Source of the DNA: Eremomyces bilateralis CBS 781.70
Taxonomy: Eukaryota
Direction: 5' to 3' (one strand)
Assembly: GCA_010015585.1 (NCBI GenBank)
Contig: ML975155.1
DNA length: 64,000 nt
The first letter of the stretch is position 1. The number at the start of each line of letters is the position of its first letter. Both the position numbers and the translations under genes were made by a program. Below are positions 11,715 to 24,841 of this stretch, piece by piece. The notes beneath the pieces are model-generated. The model was not told the origin of the DNA, did no database searches, and worked only from the letters and a program-made list of their open reading frames with translations.

Positions 11715-13313
11715 CTACAATTGAGATTTTAGAAGAGCTTCACGTAGCTGCTGACTCCTCTGCGCTGCTGCCCGTCCGGATTTACGACCGAATACGGCCC
11801 CCGACGTCAATCCGCTTCCACCGGGATAGTTCCCATAAAATAGTCCCCCGACCATCTCCCCAGTACAGTATAGACCTGGGATCGGCCGTCCACTCGCCTG
11901 GGAAATAACAGCAGCATTACCCGGATCGATCTTGAGACCGCCAAAGGTAAACGTGATGCCGCAAGCGATCTTGACGGCTAGGAACGGTCCTTTGGTAATC
12001 GGCGTTGCCCAGTTCGTCTTGTCCAGCCTTAGTCCCCCTGAGCTTGACCTCGTCGATAAGCCGTCCTTCTTCGATGGATCGAACTTGACGTCTGGGTTCT
12101 CCCTTCTGAACGCCGTGACAGCTTCATTGTACTCCCTCACCCCCTCCACCAATGCTTTCGCCCCCCTGAACCCCCCCGCCCTCATCTTCTCCGCCAACTC
12201 CTCCATACTCTCCCCCCAAACCTTCTCCACCACCCCCTCCCCATACTCCTCCTCCCTCAACCACCCCGCCCCCTCGCGATCCCACACCTGCCATGCCACC
12301 CCCTCCGGCTGCCCCAACACCGCCCTCCCAAACTTCGCGTACGTAAAATTCCGCATATCCTCTCCCTCATCCACGAACCGCTCCCCCTCCACATTCACCA
12401 TCACCCCCAACGGATACCCACTCTTCGTAAACTGGTTCGTGAGCACCAAATCCCCCGCGTTCCGTGGCGCGTTCGCATCCCAGCACGTCGAATGGCACCC
12501 CGACCAGTGGCCCGCCGCCGCCGCCCCCACCTCGTCGATCGCCAGTCGCAGCAGGTCGCCCGTGTTGTGCGGCGTCCCGCGCACGTACGCCAGGTCCCAC
12601 CCCGGCCCGAGATACTGCGCGCGGAGCTGCGGACTCGATTCGAAGCCACCGGCCGCGAGGACGACGCCGCCGCGAGCGTGGACGTCGTAGGTACAGTTGG
12701 CGACGAGGTCGCGGACGGTGACGCCAACGACTTCGGGGCCGGCGCCGGCGCTGGTGTCGCGGGTGAGGAGTTTGACTACGGGGCTGTCGTAGCGGATTTC
12801 CACGCCCTTGCGCTTCGCGTTCGCGGTGTGTTGCTGGATCAGGCCTTTCCCGCCGTCAACCACCGACAGCACCATGCCGCCCCAGAACTTATACCGCCCG
12901 TCGATCTGATACGCCTGCCGATTGAACGACAATTGAAACCGCACCCCGTTCTTCGCCAGCCACTTCGTCGTCTCGTTCGACTCCCCCACCAACGCACTCA
13001 CCAACTCCGCATCCGCCCGCCCGCTCGTCATGCGGTCCAAATCCCCCCGAAAGTCCGCCTCGGTATACGGCGCCATGTCGATCTGCTTCGCCGTCTCCAC
13101 CGAGACGTTCTCCACCAGCGGCAGTACGTCGTCGAGCCCATGGAACACCGTGCGATACGCGCCCGCGGTGAACGCGGAGTTGCCGCCGGCCCATTGGGGT
13201 GGTGCTTTTTCGACGAGGAGTACGCGCGCGGCGCCGTGGTCGAGGGCGGAGGAGGCGGCGGAAAAGCCGGCGTTGCCGGAGCCGATGACGATGACGTCGT
13301 AGGTTTGGGTCAT
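11715..13313 (-). CDS. FAD-dependent oxidoreductase, tricarballylate dehydrogenase TcuA/CobZ-like (FAD_binding_2 family), intronless
   Basis: DVIVIGSGNAG dinucleotide fold, GGNSAFTAG, AAGGFE, GWDLAYVRGTPHNTGD, GHWSGCH, GERFVDEG, GITFTFGGL and YPGGSGLTSGAVFGR. Confidence 0.85.
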   Translation of the reverse strand: MTQTYDVIVIGSGNAGFSAASSALDHGAARVLLVEKAPPQWAGGNSAFTAGAYRTVFHGLDDVLPLVENVSVETAKQIDMAPYTEADFRGDLDRMTSGRADAELVSALVGESNETTKWLAKNGVRFQLSFNRQAYQIDGRYKFWGGMVLSVVDGGKGLIQQHTANAKRKGVEIRYDSPVVKLLTRDTSAGAGPEVVGVTVRDLVANCTYDVHARGGVVLAAGGFESSPQLRAQYLGPGWDLAYVRGTPHNTGDLLRLAIDEVGAAAAGHWSGCHSTCWDANAPRNAGDLVLTNQFTKSGYPLGVMVNVEGERFVDEGEDMRNFTYAKFGRAVLGQPEGVAWQVWDREGAGWLREEEYGEGVVEKVWGESMEELAEKMRAGGFRGAKALVEGVREYNEAVTAFRRENPDVKFDPSKKDGLSTRSSSGGLRLDKTNWATPITKGPFLAVKIACGITFTFGGLKIDPGNAAVISQASGRPIPGLYCTGEMVGGLFYGNYPGGSGLTSGAVFGRKSGRAAAQRSQQLREALLKSQL

Positions 13314-13867
13314 GGTGGGTGGAACTGGTGGAGGGAGGGAGGAGGCATGGAGGCGGTGGATGGGTTATGGGGGTTGGTGGATATTTGAATTGGAGATGGA
13401 GAGAGGTGGTCGGGGGTGAGGCTGGAGAGGGATGGGTGGTGATCCCGCATCCTGGTCATGCAGATCAATCAGGAGCTTTTTGGCCTATGGTCGCGCCAGC
13501 CAGCCTCGGACCATCGTCACGGAATGCAAGTTCGGCACCCATAGGGATTCAAAGGAAAGTCAATGGCAAAAGCGTGAATTACAAGTTACAGCACCTTTCT
13601 GTCGGTACATGCCGGTAGATACGAAAAAGTAAAAACGAGGTATCAACAGGTGACTAACGGCCCCCAAAAGAGCCGATCAAGAAGCTCCATCGCAATGTTC
13701 GAATGGTCCCAAAGTGCGTCGGGACGTGAAACAAATCGGGGGAGGGAAGAAACACCAATATGCAAACACGAATGGCACATATACTGCATAGCCATGACCC
13801 CACTCCTCCACCCGATCCTTCACAACCCCAGGCGGTCTCGCTGGTCGCTCATGTCCGATTCCAGCCC

Positions 13868-15742
13868 TTAGCCCTTCAACTTATCCTTCAGCTTCCCAAA
13901 GATGCTCCTTCGCTTGCTCTTCTTATCCGTCGCCTTGCTATTCGAGCTCGCCGGAGTCTCCGCGGCTGGAGTCGTCGCATCTTTCGCCGGGGTCGTCGGC
14001 CCCGCAGCCGCGGGCGCCGGTTCCGTGGGCGCAATCGTCGGCTCCGTCGCCGGGGCCGCCGCAACGGGCGCTTTATGCGGCGTCACTGGGGGCGTATCGA
14101 CCGACGTATCGGCTCCCGCCACTCCACCCAGGTCTCGCTCCTGCTCGGCCATGACCGGCGACAAGTCCTGCGAGATGGGCTTCAACGGGGGGGAAATGTC
14201 GTTCTTGGAGCGCGGGGTGGGGTCGGGTGCCGGGGCGGCAGCTTCGGCGGCGGATTCGGCTCTCTGTTCGGGCTCGGCGGTGGTCTTCGGCGACTCGGCT
14301 GCGGCGGGGGCTGGCTGCGAGGGCTTGTCGTCGGGTTTGCTGGTCGCTGCGGCGGGGGTCTTCTCCGGCTCCGCTGCGGCGGCGGCTGGCTGCGAGGGCT
14401 TGTCGTCGGGTTTGCTGATCGCTGCGGCGGCGGCTACGGGGGCGGCGGCTACGGGAGCAGCGGCTGCAAGGGCGGCAGGGGAAACGGAGGATGGCTCAGC
14501 GGCTTTCTCCTCCGTCTTGGGCTTCTCTTCTGGCACGTGCTCCTTGACAAGCTGCTTTTCCACGGCCTTCTTCTCAGCCACGGCCTCCGGGTAGTCAGCC
14601 GCTTCGTGCGGGAAGTGCGCTTCGTCCAACGACTTCACCACCGCGACCGGCACACCTTCAGGCGTCTTGGTTGCGGCCGCGGCGGCGGGCTCTTCCGGCA
14701 CCTTGGACTTCAGCTCCTCCTCGAGCTCCTTCTTCTCCTCGACCGCCTCGGCCGACGCGGAGGCCTCGGGGTCGGCGTTCGCTTGGCTCTGGCTTTCGGC
14801 GACGACTTCCGGGACGCCGCGCGGCTCTTTGGGTACGGCACCGGCGAGGGCGGCGCTGGTGCTGTCGGGGGCAGCGGATTGGATGGCCGGGCCGGAGGGT
14901 TTGTCGGGCGCGGGCGCGATGGGCAGGCTGGACTCCGGGATCATGTTGTTGGTGACCGGGGCCACGCCGAATGCGCCGCCCTGAGTGTCTAGGGATTTGA
15001 CGGTATCCTTCGCCGGGCCGGCATCGCTGGCGTTGTAGGACGCCTCGTCGGTTTTGACGGTGCTCTCGACGGTGTTGTCGGTGATCGTGCTGGGGTCGGG
15101 GACCTTCTCGCCGGGAGCCAGCTTGATGGGGTTGCCGGTGCCGGAGGTGGCGGGGATCGGGTTGACCCCGACGATCTCCGGTTCCTTTGGTTCCTCTGCG
15201 GGAGTCTCAGCAGGAGTCTCGGGGAAGGTTCCAGGGGCTTTGGGGACTGCACCGGCCAATTGGGCTGTTGTCGAGTCGGGGGCGGCGGAGGAGATGGTGG
15301 CCGCGCCAGCTGCCACGAGGGCATCGGGCTTTAGGACGTTGTTGAAGTTATTCTTGCCGTCATCTTCTTGAGGGGCGGTTGAATCGGTGGTCCATTTGCC
15401 GTCCACGACATACTGTGAAGCGTTCATTAGCGGAATAGCAAACATAGGACTTGTCCTGTGGGGAGGCGTTCAATGCAATCCACCACAATCCTGAATCAGC
15501 ATGAAAGAAGTTGGCACTAACCTTATACAAAATATTCTCATTCAACTTTGGCAGTTCAACTGTTTTCTCAAAGACGTCTCCCTTCTTCTCCAGCTGGATG
15601 GACTTCTTCCAGTCATCGAAGGTACCGGTCACAAAGACCTCCGTAGCGTTCCCATGAGTCCTACATGGACGGTTAGCCGGACTGTACCATGGAACCACCA
15701 CAGCACGGTTTGACCTTACCACTTGAATGTATAAGTTCCCAT
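13868..15742 (-). CDS. Crp1/Mdg1-like protein: N-terminal AMPK-beta-type glycogen-binding (CBM48) domain plus Ala/Pro/Glu-rich tail, 3 exons
   Basis: Spliced N-terminus MGTYTFKWTHGNATEVFVTGTFDDWKKSIQLEK...ILYKYVVDGKWTTD; C-terminus KKSKRRSIFGKLKDKLKG. Confidence 0.85.
14281..14430 (-). repeat. 75-nt coding tandem duplication (SKPDDKPSQPA repeat)
   Basis: Segments 14309-14355 and 14384-14430 differ at one base. Confidence 0.85.
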
Positions 15743-16476
15743 TATGGCGGATTCCTGGTAATATAATAGACAGAGTTTCCTGGACGATGAACGGGGCTCG
15801 CGGGCTACGCGTCCTAATATCTGGAGGGGGATCGGGAAAGGGTCCGGTGGGAATTTCGTCACTGATGAGATGACCAAAGGGACGGTGGCAACAAAAGGGG
15901 TTTCAGGGTCCAGATATCAACACGCTGACCTGCAATTACGCTTCAAATCAACAGATTGAAGCTATGGAACAGCTTCGGGGTGGCAAGGAGGTTGCTGGGC
16001 TGAATGGGATGATTTAGGATGACGAGTTTCTGAGGGGGAAAGCCTTGGATTACTTAGAGGAGGGATTGGGTTGGCGTGATAGGTTGGGGGTAATTAGGAA
16101 CAAGGAGATGGAGGGATGTACGAGGAGGCTGGGGGGTTTCAAATCACTTGCAGCCAAATCTTGCAGCCAAATCTTACCGCTTGGTGCGGGGCCTGGCGCT
16201 AGGAAATCACTGAAGCTGCTAATTAGCTCAATTAGTACTCATATTCATCATAATAGCCCACTTAGCTGCCGGCTTCTACCCGTGTCTTGATTCTTCATCT
16301 TACGTGGTGGACGGTTCCCAGTTTCGTACTGCAGTTAATTATGAGTGATATATGGCTGTGGATTACGACGCCGACGATGCTGATTCACTTTTTCCTTTGT
16401 CATGTGGACATGAACTTGGACTAACAGCTAAATATTTCATTTCTAACTAGTTAATCATCAACCATATGCAGATCCC

Positions 16477-17617
16477 CTAAATCTTCACGTCCCGAACCTT
16501 CCCCTCCCCCCGCTCCTCCGCCGCCATCATCGACTCCATCACAAACCGCGCTGCCTCCTCCGCCATTCCCGCCGTAAACTCATGCCCGACGCCCTTGAAC
16601 ACTAGATCCTCCACATACACCCCCGTGTGCCTCGCCCACCCCTTCGGCCCGACCGCTCCCTTGAAATAATCGAGGAACGGCTTTGCGCATTCGTACGGGA
16701 CCAGCTTGTCCGATCCACCGGACAGGATCTGAATGCGCTTGCCGTGCAGGTGGCGGTCGAGGAGTTGCGCGATCGCGGCGACCTGGTTTGAGGGGATGCT
16801 GGTTCGAGATGCGACGTCGGGTCGGTCGATCGAGGAGAAGAAGTAGCCCATCGGATCGCGCGCGCGGATATCGTCGATCAACGCCTGTGGAAAGTCGGCG
16901 GATCCGAGGAAGGCGGTGCCCGGCGGCGACGTGCTCGTCCAGGAGGCCAGCTTTGATTTCTCGGCGCGGTGGATCATGAGGCGGGTGTAATCCGGGCAGC
17001 CGATGATGATAACGGCGGCGGTGACGCGCGGGTCGTGGATGATGGAGTGCCATGCGGCGTGGGCGCCGAGGGAGACGCCGAGGACGAAGTTGTCGGTGAT
17101 CTTCGGGTCGGAGGGGCGGACGAAGATGTAGGAGGTGAGGTGGGTGAGGAGATGTGCTGCATCCTGTGCGGTACCCTCTGGAGGATGTTAGCATGCGTCC
17201 TTCGAACCAATGTAAGTGTCTCATACGATAGCATGTGTACATGTCTTGGGCATGTCTCGGGTTCCCGGATCTCCATGCCTCATTGTGCTGCTTGTCCACA
17301 AGCCGAGTGCCGTGATTCCGTTGGTCAAAGGATACAGCGATCAATCCTTTCGGGTTCTTCCCCGCTTTGCCTTCTTTTATCAGCGAATTCCATCGATGGA
17401 TCGATTGCGCGCCAGCGGGTTTCATGGTTTGCTGGTTTTGTAAGCGGGGATGCAGCAGCCATAGGCATGCCACTTCGGAGGTGGACGGAGGCAGCTCATC
17501 GAGGCCATAGACGGTGGTCACGATGCCGGCGATGTAGAAGGTTTTTTGCGATACGTCGGGCGGAGCGTTCTCCGCATGTGTGAGGTCCATTGGATTTCCT
17601 GGATGGCGGGCGGCCAT
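16477..17617 (-). CDS. alpha/beta hydrolase, 2 exons (intron ~17178-17226)
   Basis: WLLHPRL, FDQRNHG, nucleophile elbow GVSLG after splicing, LSGGSDKLVP (acid) and GVGHE (His). Confidence 0.85.
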
Positions 17618-18896
17618 TTCTGATATTGGAGGGGAGGAGGGGTAGAGGCGGAGAGAGAAAGCTGAGATGATAAATGAATTGAACCTGGCAGCGATCGAGA
17701 TGAGACCAGGGTAGAATAAGAACAAGAACAGGAACAAGCTGCACTGATCGGACGGATCAATGATCAGGATTCAGTGTCAACACGGCGGTAGTATGTAGTG
17801 ATCACTCCAGCTGGTACTAAGTAAAAGCGACGATAGTCAATAACTTCGGCTGCTGGAGCCCATACCGGTTGGCACTGCGGGTGGGTTGGGTCTTCGTGGC
17901 CTCGGCTTAGACATGGCGTACAGTACAGGAGACCCAGTACCGGCCGTATAATAACCGCACCAGAAACAAAGACCGTCCTAAGATCAGATAAGTAACTCGG
18001 TGTCTATAAGGCGTATCATATTCATACCATACGCCAGTCCGGGTAAAAATATTAACAGTGTCGCCCATGTCAGCTTATACTCCGATTTCTAGTACTGTAC
18101 CACCTTAGTAATAATCTTCCAGCAGATATCCGGATGGTCAAGATATAATCCAAGATGTTATAGAGGATCTGCCTTAGCTTTCACCTAAGTGATAAAAGGT
18201 GATAAGAGCAGTCTGTATAATAATAGAGATAACTAGATGATTCTCAATAATAAGTCTCATCACCAGTCCAGTTATGAATGCTGAACAGAAGAGCGAAGAC
18301 GGTTTGTTCAGCCTTCAGCTCATCACCATCTCCATCCACGGATCACTCCGTAAACTCATCCATTCATCTACATGCCAAAGTTGGAATCTATTCTGGACCA
18401 TTTCAAAACGCACCCAAACTCTTAACTCCCTGTTGGGCCTGTCCAAAGTTGCCAAAACCAAACCACCGGTCACCCCCTGTCCTTGCGCCGTCGACTCGTA
18501 ACTGCGTCCTGCGACACGCATCATCAACCTCCATTCTACCCCCATTCCGGAATTGCTTTCACTTCCTTACATCCACCAGAATCTAAATTTTCTCCCTGTC
18601 CTCCCAATCGCCCTGAAATCCGGTCGCGATCATAAACCCTCTCCTATCTTCCAACTCAAAGCCGATCATTGCCCATCTATCCGAGCGAAAGAGCGAGACT
18701 CCACAACTCGTATCACCCCAGCCCACATACGGAATACGATCGACTCAGGACGCGAAGCGCGAACATACACTCAAAAAGACGTTGCTATGATTTCCACTCT
18801 AGATCAATCATTCCGGCTGCGGCTTGATAACTGAGCTCTTCTCAGTAAAGTCCCGAGACGCGCGCTGCCGCCGTCGTACTGAGTCCGAGTCCCGCA

Positions 18897-21800
18897 ATGG
18901 ATGCCTCTCCGGATCAAGACTTGACCAGATCTCCTGAGATGACCACTCCGTCGGCACGTCCGCTCCCAGCAACACGGTCACGCGACATCAAAACCGTGGA
19001 GTCCCACTCACCCCCGGAATCCCCTCTTGGAACTACAGAAAAGCCGAGCGACTCTCACCAAAACGGAAATGGTGCGGTGCACTCTCCAGGCGTCAAGACG
19101 AATGGCTTCCCGTTCGATGTGGCGCCTGGAACCACTGGCCAAAGCGTGACCAACAATTATACCGACGAAATCGATGACACCGACAATGCTGTTCCAGACG
19201 GAAGGAACTCCGCCGAAAAGGAGGAGCGGCTGGATCAAGCAACACGGTTGCCATCCTCAAACGCGCCGACGAAGAGACAATCAAGCGGCGATCCGGAATC
19301 ATCCACGCCGCCCGGAAGGAGAAGCGTCCAGTTCGCTCGACCCTCGACGATAGACACTGCAGGCCCGTCACATTCAAGACGCCCGTCCCAGCCAGATATC
19401 ACAGAAGAGGCAGAAGAGACGGAAGCCAAGGATAAGCAGGCTATAAGACTGTTCGACAAATTGAAGGCACTGGCCACGCCGATATCCCTACACGGCCACA
19501 GCAAGTCATTCAGCGGATGGACCCTAGGCGATTCCACCAACGACGTGGGCATGTCTTCCGGGCCTGGCTCGAATGAGTTGGACTACACGGAGCATGAGAG
19601 TGAAGCGGATGCGGATGGAGAAGACAGTGCTACCGAGGACCAGGCTGGCTCATCGAGCCGCCCGAAGCAACGTACCCGACGGAAGAGTCGACGAACCGAC
19701 GAAAGCCACACGGCTCCGACGACGCCAAGGGCCACCACCAGCAGAATGGCACCGTGGTCAAGAGACTCGCCCGGAGATACCCCAATCATGCGTCCGCATG
19801 GCTTCTTCCGACGCGCCACGATGGAGGATATCCCGGAAAATCAGAGACAGCACGTGTCCGAAGACGAAGGCCGCGCTCGACTCGCGAAGCAGGGAATGTT
19901 CCGGCGAGGCACGTCGTGGGTGCCAGGACATCGAAACGCTCCAGATTCCGCTCGACCCAGCCACTTGCGCCGTTTTACCGGTATCAACGGTGGGTCGGGA
20001 TTGGAAGAGTCGCCAATGCGCCGGAATCGTGCGGATCGACATCCGAGCATTGGGGCGATGCGCTGGCGGCAGATCAAAGCCGGCTTGAAGTTGCTGGGCA
20101 CGAAGAAAAAGGAGGACAAGGTTGATTCTACGAAATCGGCGGAGTTGCTCGCCGAACTCCTGGCCGGGGCTCCGGCGGCCCTGTTTCTGGCCAGCATGTT
20201 TCAACGGGATGACAAGGGTCATAAAAGAGTGCCAGTCCTCCTTGAGCAGCTGAAAGTGCGGGTGGTAGACAGCCAACGGGTCGAAAACAAGCCGGGCGAT
20301 CGACATGTCGTGTTTCGGATCGAGTTGGAGTATGGGAGCGGCCCGACAAGGATGAAATGGGTCATCCATCGGACCCTCCGTGACTTCGCCAACTTGCATC
20401 TGAAATACAAGATCCAGAGTCAAACCGACAAATACATCCAGCTCCGGTCGGACGATAAGTCTCAAAACCGGCTTCCACGTTTCCCCAAGAGCGCCTTTCC
20501 ATACCTTCGTGGTGTCCGTGGTTTCGCAGATGACGAGGACGATGAGGACGAAGACATGATGCCTCCTGAGCCTGGAACCGATGCAGAAGCAAGCGGCACC
20601 GACCGCCCAGGGAGGAGAAACGGCAACGGCAGGAGACAGTCCTCTTTCCCGTTCATGAGGAGGAGATCCAGCATCACCAATGCTCCAGTGACGCCATCTA
20701 GCACGGTCGATCCGCTCGGCTCTAATGCGGGGGTGGTGGGTCCTGCTGGTCTCAGGAGAGAAACCTACGCTGAAAGGCAAAGGAGAAGACTGGAGCAGTA
20801 TCTGCAACAGATGATTACCACCTTTATGTTCCGTCCTGATGGCAACCGTCTGTGCAAGTTCCTTGAGCTATCCGCCCTTGGCGTTCGACTTGCGGCCGAG
20901 GGAGGCTATCACGGCAAAGAAGGTTACATGGTTATCGCATCTAACCGTGGACTCGACTTCCGTAAGACCCGTTTCAACCCCAGCCACTTCAAGGAGCGGC
21001 ATAGTCCGAAGTGGTTCCTCGTGCGACATAGCTATATCGTCTGCGTCGACTCGCCCGAGGAGATGAACGTCTATGATGTCCTCCTCGTGGATTCGCAATT
21101 CACCACCGAGAAGAAAAGCAAACGCAAGCGAGACGAAACCGCCCAAGAGCTCGCCCGGCGCGCGAAAGAAAAGACCAAATACCCGACCCATCACCAGCTG
21201 CGCATCTTCAATGCCGAGCGGTCGATGAAGCTGCTCGCGAGGAACGAGCGCCAACTGCACCAGTTCGAGGAGTCTGTCAACTTCATGATGCGGAACACCG
21301 TCTGGTCTCAAGAGCATCGGTTCGACAGCTTCGCCCCGGTGCGGAAGAACGTCTTCGCCCAATGGCTGGTCGATGGACGGGACTACATGTGGAACGTGTC
21401 GCGGGCGATCAGCATGGCGAAGGACGTAATCTACATCCACGACTGGTGGCTCAGTCCCGAGCTGTACTTGCGGCGGCCGGCGGCGATCAGTCAGAAATGG
21501 CGGTTGGATCGACTGCTCCAGCGGAAGGCGCAAGAAGGCGTGAAGATCTTCATCATCGTGTACCGGAACATCAATTCGGCGATTCCGATCGACTCCGAGT
21601 ACACGAAGTTCTCGCTACTCGACCTGCATCCGAACGTGTTCGTGCAGCGGTCGCCGAATCAGTTCCGGCAGAATACGTTTTTCTGGTCGCATCATGAGAA
21701 GATCTGCGTGGTCGACCACCTAGTGGCGTTTTGCGGAGGGGTTGACCTATGCTATGGTCGATGGGATACGCCGGGCCACTCGGTGGTTGACGACAAGCTC

Positions 21801-24426
21801 ACGGGCTTCGAGCTCAACGATATGCCGAAGGACGCTGACCATTGTCAGCTGTGGCCGGGGAAAGACTACTCGAACCCTCGGGTTCAGGATTTCTATGCCC
21901 TGGATAAACCATACGAAGAGATGTACGACCGCGGCAAAATTCCGAGAATGCCATGGCATGATATTGGCATGCAGATTGTCGGACAGCCGGCACGGGATTT
22001 GACTCGGCATTTCATTCAGCGTTGGAATTATATTCTTCGTCAGCGGAAGCCCTCACGCCCCACGCCATTCCTTCTACCCCCGCGGGACTTCATCCACGGC
22101 GAAATTGAATCTCTGGGTCTCGAAGGAACGTGTGAGATCCAGATCCTGCGCTCCGCTGGTGAATGGTCCTTGGGGTTGAATCGGACGGAAAACAGCATCG
22201 AAAATGCATACGTCAAGATGATTGAGAAGTCGGAGCATTTCATGTACATGGAAAACCAGTTCTTCATCACGAGCTGCAACATGGATGGCACCATCATCGA
22301 GAATCGCATCGGAGATGCCATCGTGGAACGCATCAAGCGGGCGCACGTGCACGATGAGGATTGGAGGGCGATCATCGTCATTCCGCTAATGCCCGGCTAT
22401 CAAAACACCGTGGACAGTCCGGAAGGCAGCAGCGTGCGTCTGATCATGCAATGTCAATACCGGAGCATCTGTCGAGGAGAGACGTCGATCTTCGGTAAGC
22501 TGCGAGCCGCCGGTATCGAGCCGGAAGACTACATTCAATTCTACGCATTGCGGTCATGGGGGAAGATTGGCCCGGATCAAGGACTCGTTACCGAGCAGCT
22601 GTATATCCATGCCAAGGCCATGATCGTGGATGACCGGGTGGCCATTATCGGCTCTGCGAACATCAACGAACGCTCCATGCGTGGGAATCGCGACTCGGAA
22701 GTCGCGGCCATCATCCGTGATCGAGAACTGGTGAGCTCCACGATGGCGGGGGAACCGTATATGGTTGGCAAGTTTCCATCCACGCTCCGGATGCGGCTCA
22801 TGCGAGAGCATCTCGGGATCGACACCGATGCCATCATGGAGCGCCAGATTCTCGAGGAGCAGCTCGCACGGGAAGAAGAGCGGCTTCGGCGGGAAGACGA
22901 GGTGTCGTTAGCATCCCAACCCTGTGATGATGTTTCGGAACGATGGCCAAGCATGGACAACGACATCGGGGAACCATCGTCATCGTTGTCGCCCGATATC
23001 GATCGAGTGTATAGCTACAACCACGATATCGACTGGGGGCTGGCGAACCCGAATTTGAAGACCCACAAAAAGGTCACGTCCGATCCGCGAGTCACCGGCA
23101 ATGAGGCACATGCTCGCGATGTGCGCGGCGAAGGTCACGACCGTCTGCACGATGTTGAATCCGAACAACCGGACATATTGGCTGGTCGCGACTCATATGT
23201 CGATGAAACCGGTCGAGAGGTCCTGGCGTCGGATATTGCAGCCGAACCGAAGCAGTCGCCGAAGAAGCTGAAACTCAAGGGCCACGCCCGACAACATCGG
23301 TCGTCCACTGCAAGCCGCGATAGCCGATCCGTCCGGCTCGAAGAGACAGAACGGCTCTTTCCTCCCCCAGAAGTTGGCCGCCTGAGTTCCCGAGAACTTG
23401 GCCTTCCCACGATCTCCACCCTTCCTGCGCTCCCGGTGACCGATGATACCGACATCGGCGGCCCAGCGCTCGGCCGCACCCTCACCGCCCGGTCCGCCGA
23501 CGTCCTCTACCCGCACCTCAGCGACCTCAAACGCCCCGTCATCACCGAAGACTGCATGCGCGACCCGCTCAATGACAGCTTCTACCTCGACGTCTGGCAC
23601 GCCGCCGCCGAGGACAACACCAAGGTCTTCCGCGAAGTCTTCCGCTGCATGCCCGACAACCAGGTCAAGACCTGGAAGGAATACCAAGAATACACCGCGT
23701 TCGCCGAGCGGTTCGCGCAGGTGCAGGGACAGGAGAAGTCGAAGCAGCGCGTCCAGCACGAGCGCCGCGAGCGCACCGGCGGTCCACCCGGCAACGTCCC
23801 CGGCGGACTCAGCGAGAAGGCAGTGAAGCTAGAGCAGAAGGTCGAGGGGATGACCGAGAAGGTCGCGGAGCCTTTCACCTCTGCGAAGAACAGGGCCAGC
23901 CCCCCCATGGGCACGGTGGATGAGTGGACCGAGGAGCAGGAGCGCAACGCCAGCAGCCGCGCGACGGATCGTACGCTCGACGAGAAGGAGGCGATGAAGG
24001 CGGAGGCGGGCGGGGCGGAGGAGCCGAAACCGGTACAGCGGGAGCGGACGATCACGATCCCGGGGACCGCGAACGCAGCGGGCAAGACGCCTGTGGGGAA
24101 GAACTCGACGCGGCGGAGGCGGCGGGGGACGACGCGGTCAAGCACGCGGGCGTTCCATGCACAGGACGATAGCGCGATGATGAATAAGACGGATGCGGAA
24201 GAGCTGTTGAAGCATGTGCAGGGGCACTTGGTGGTGTGGCCGTATGATTGGTGAGTTGACTGTCCTGCGATGATCGGATGGGGCTAATGCGAGATAGGCT
24301 GGAAAAGGAGGAGAGAGGCGGTGGGTGGCTCTATGCGACGGATCAGATCGCGCCTCTGGAGATCTAGTGAGTTTCAACCGTGCGCTGGTGGTAGCTTTGG
24401 CTGACGTTCATGACTCCAGCACCTAA
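18897..24426 (+). CDS. SPO14: phospholipase D1 (PX-PH-2xHKD), introns 24251-24297 and 24367-24419
   Basis: Two HKD motifs (HHEKICVVD, HAKAMIVD), WWLSPELYL, PRMPWHD, GSANINERS, and PX/PH-like N-terminal segments. Small terminal exons give ..DWLEKEE..APLEIYT*. Confidence 0.95.
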
Positions 24427-24841
24427 ACCGATACACTGCAAGTCGATCCATGGAATCCTTTCGCTCTACATTTACTTGTGCAGGTTTTCTCACGGCCGTG
24501 GTTGTTGTTTTATATCTGCATGGTGCTCGGCTCGGAAGGGTCATATATACATCATTCCTATCTGCATGGTGTTGTGGGATCATTGGATACAATAAACTCA
24601 TGCGTGGTCTTCTATGTAACATACAGGTGTTTCCTTGAGTGTATATGTGGACTATACCCGAGCTTCCAATGAACCTGAGTCAATTTCATTCCACTAGGTG
24701 CCGATTTCTTCTCAGGGTATACAATCACTAAACATATAGGCTTTCCAACCTCATACAAGCCATCCATACCCATCCGCATAGGGTCGCTAAACGCAGAGCA
24801 TTCTCGATTGAAGTCCATAAAATCATCTCTCATAACCATAA

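Noticed and set aside
11932..14992. Long plus-strand ORFs (11932-12690, 12492-13388, 13760-14992, 13902-14594)
   Set aside because: Antisense shadows of GC-rich minus-strand genes.
16147..16175. 13-bp tandem duplication CTTGCAGCCAAAT x2
   Set aside because: Ordinary slippage duplication; no further support.
19758..24145. Minus-strand ORFs up to 349 aa
   Set aside because: Antisense to phospholipase D; no independent motifs.
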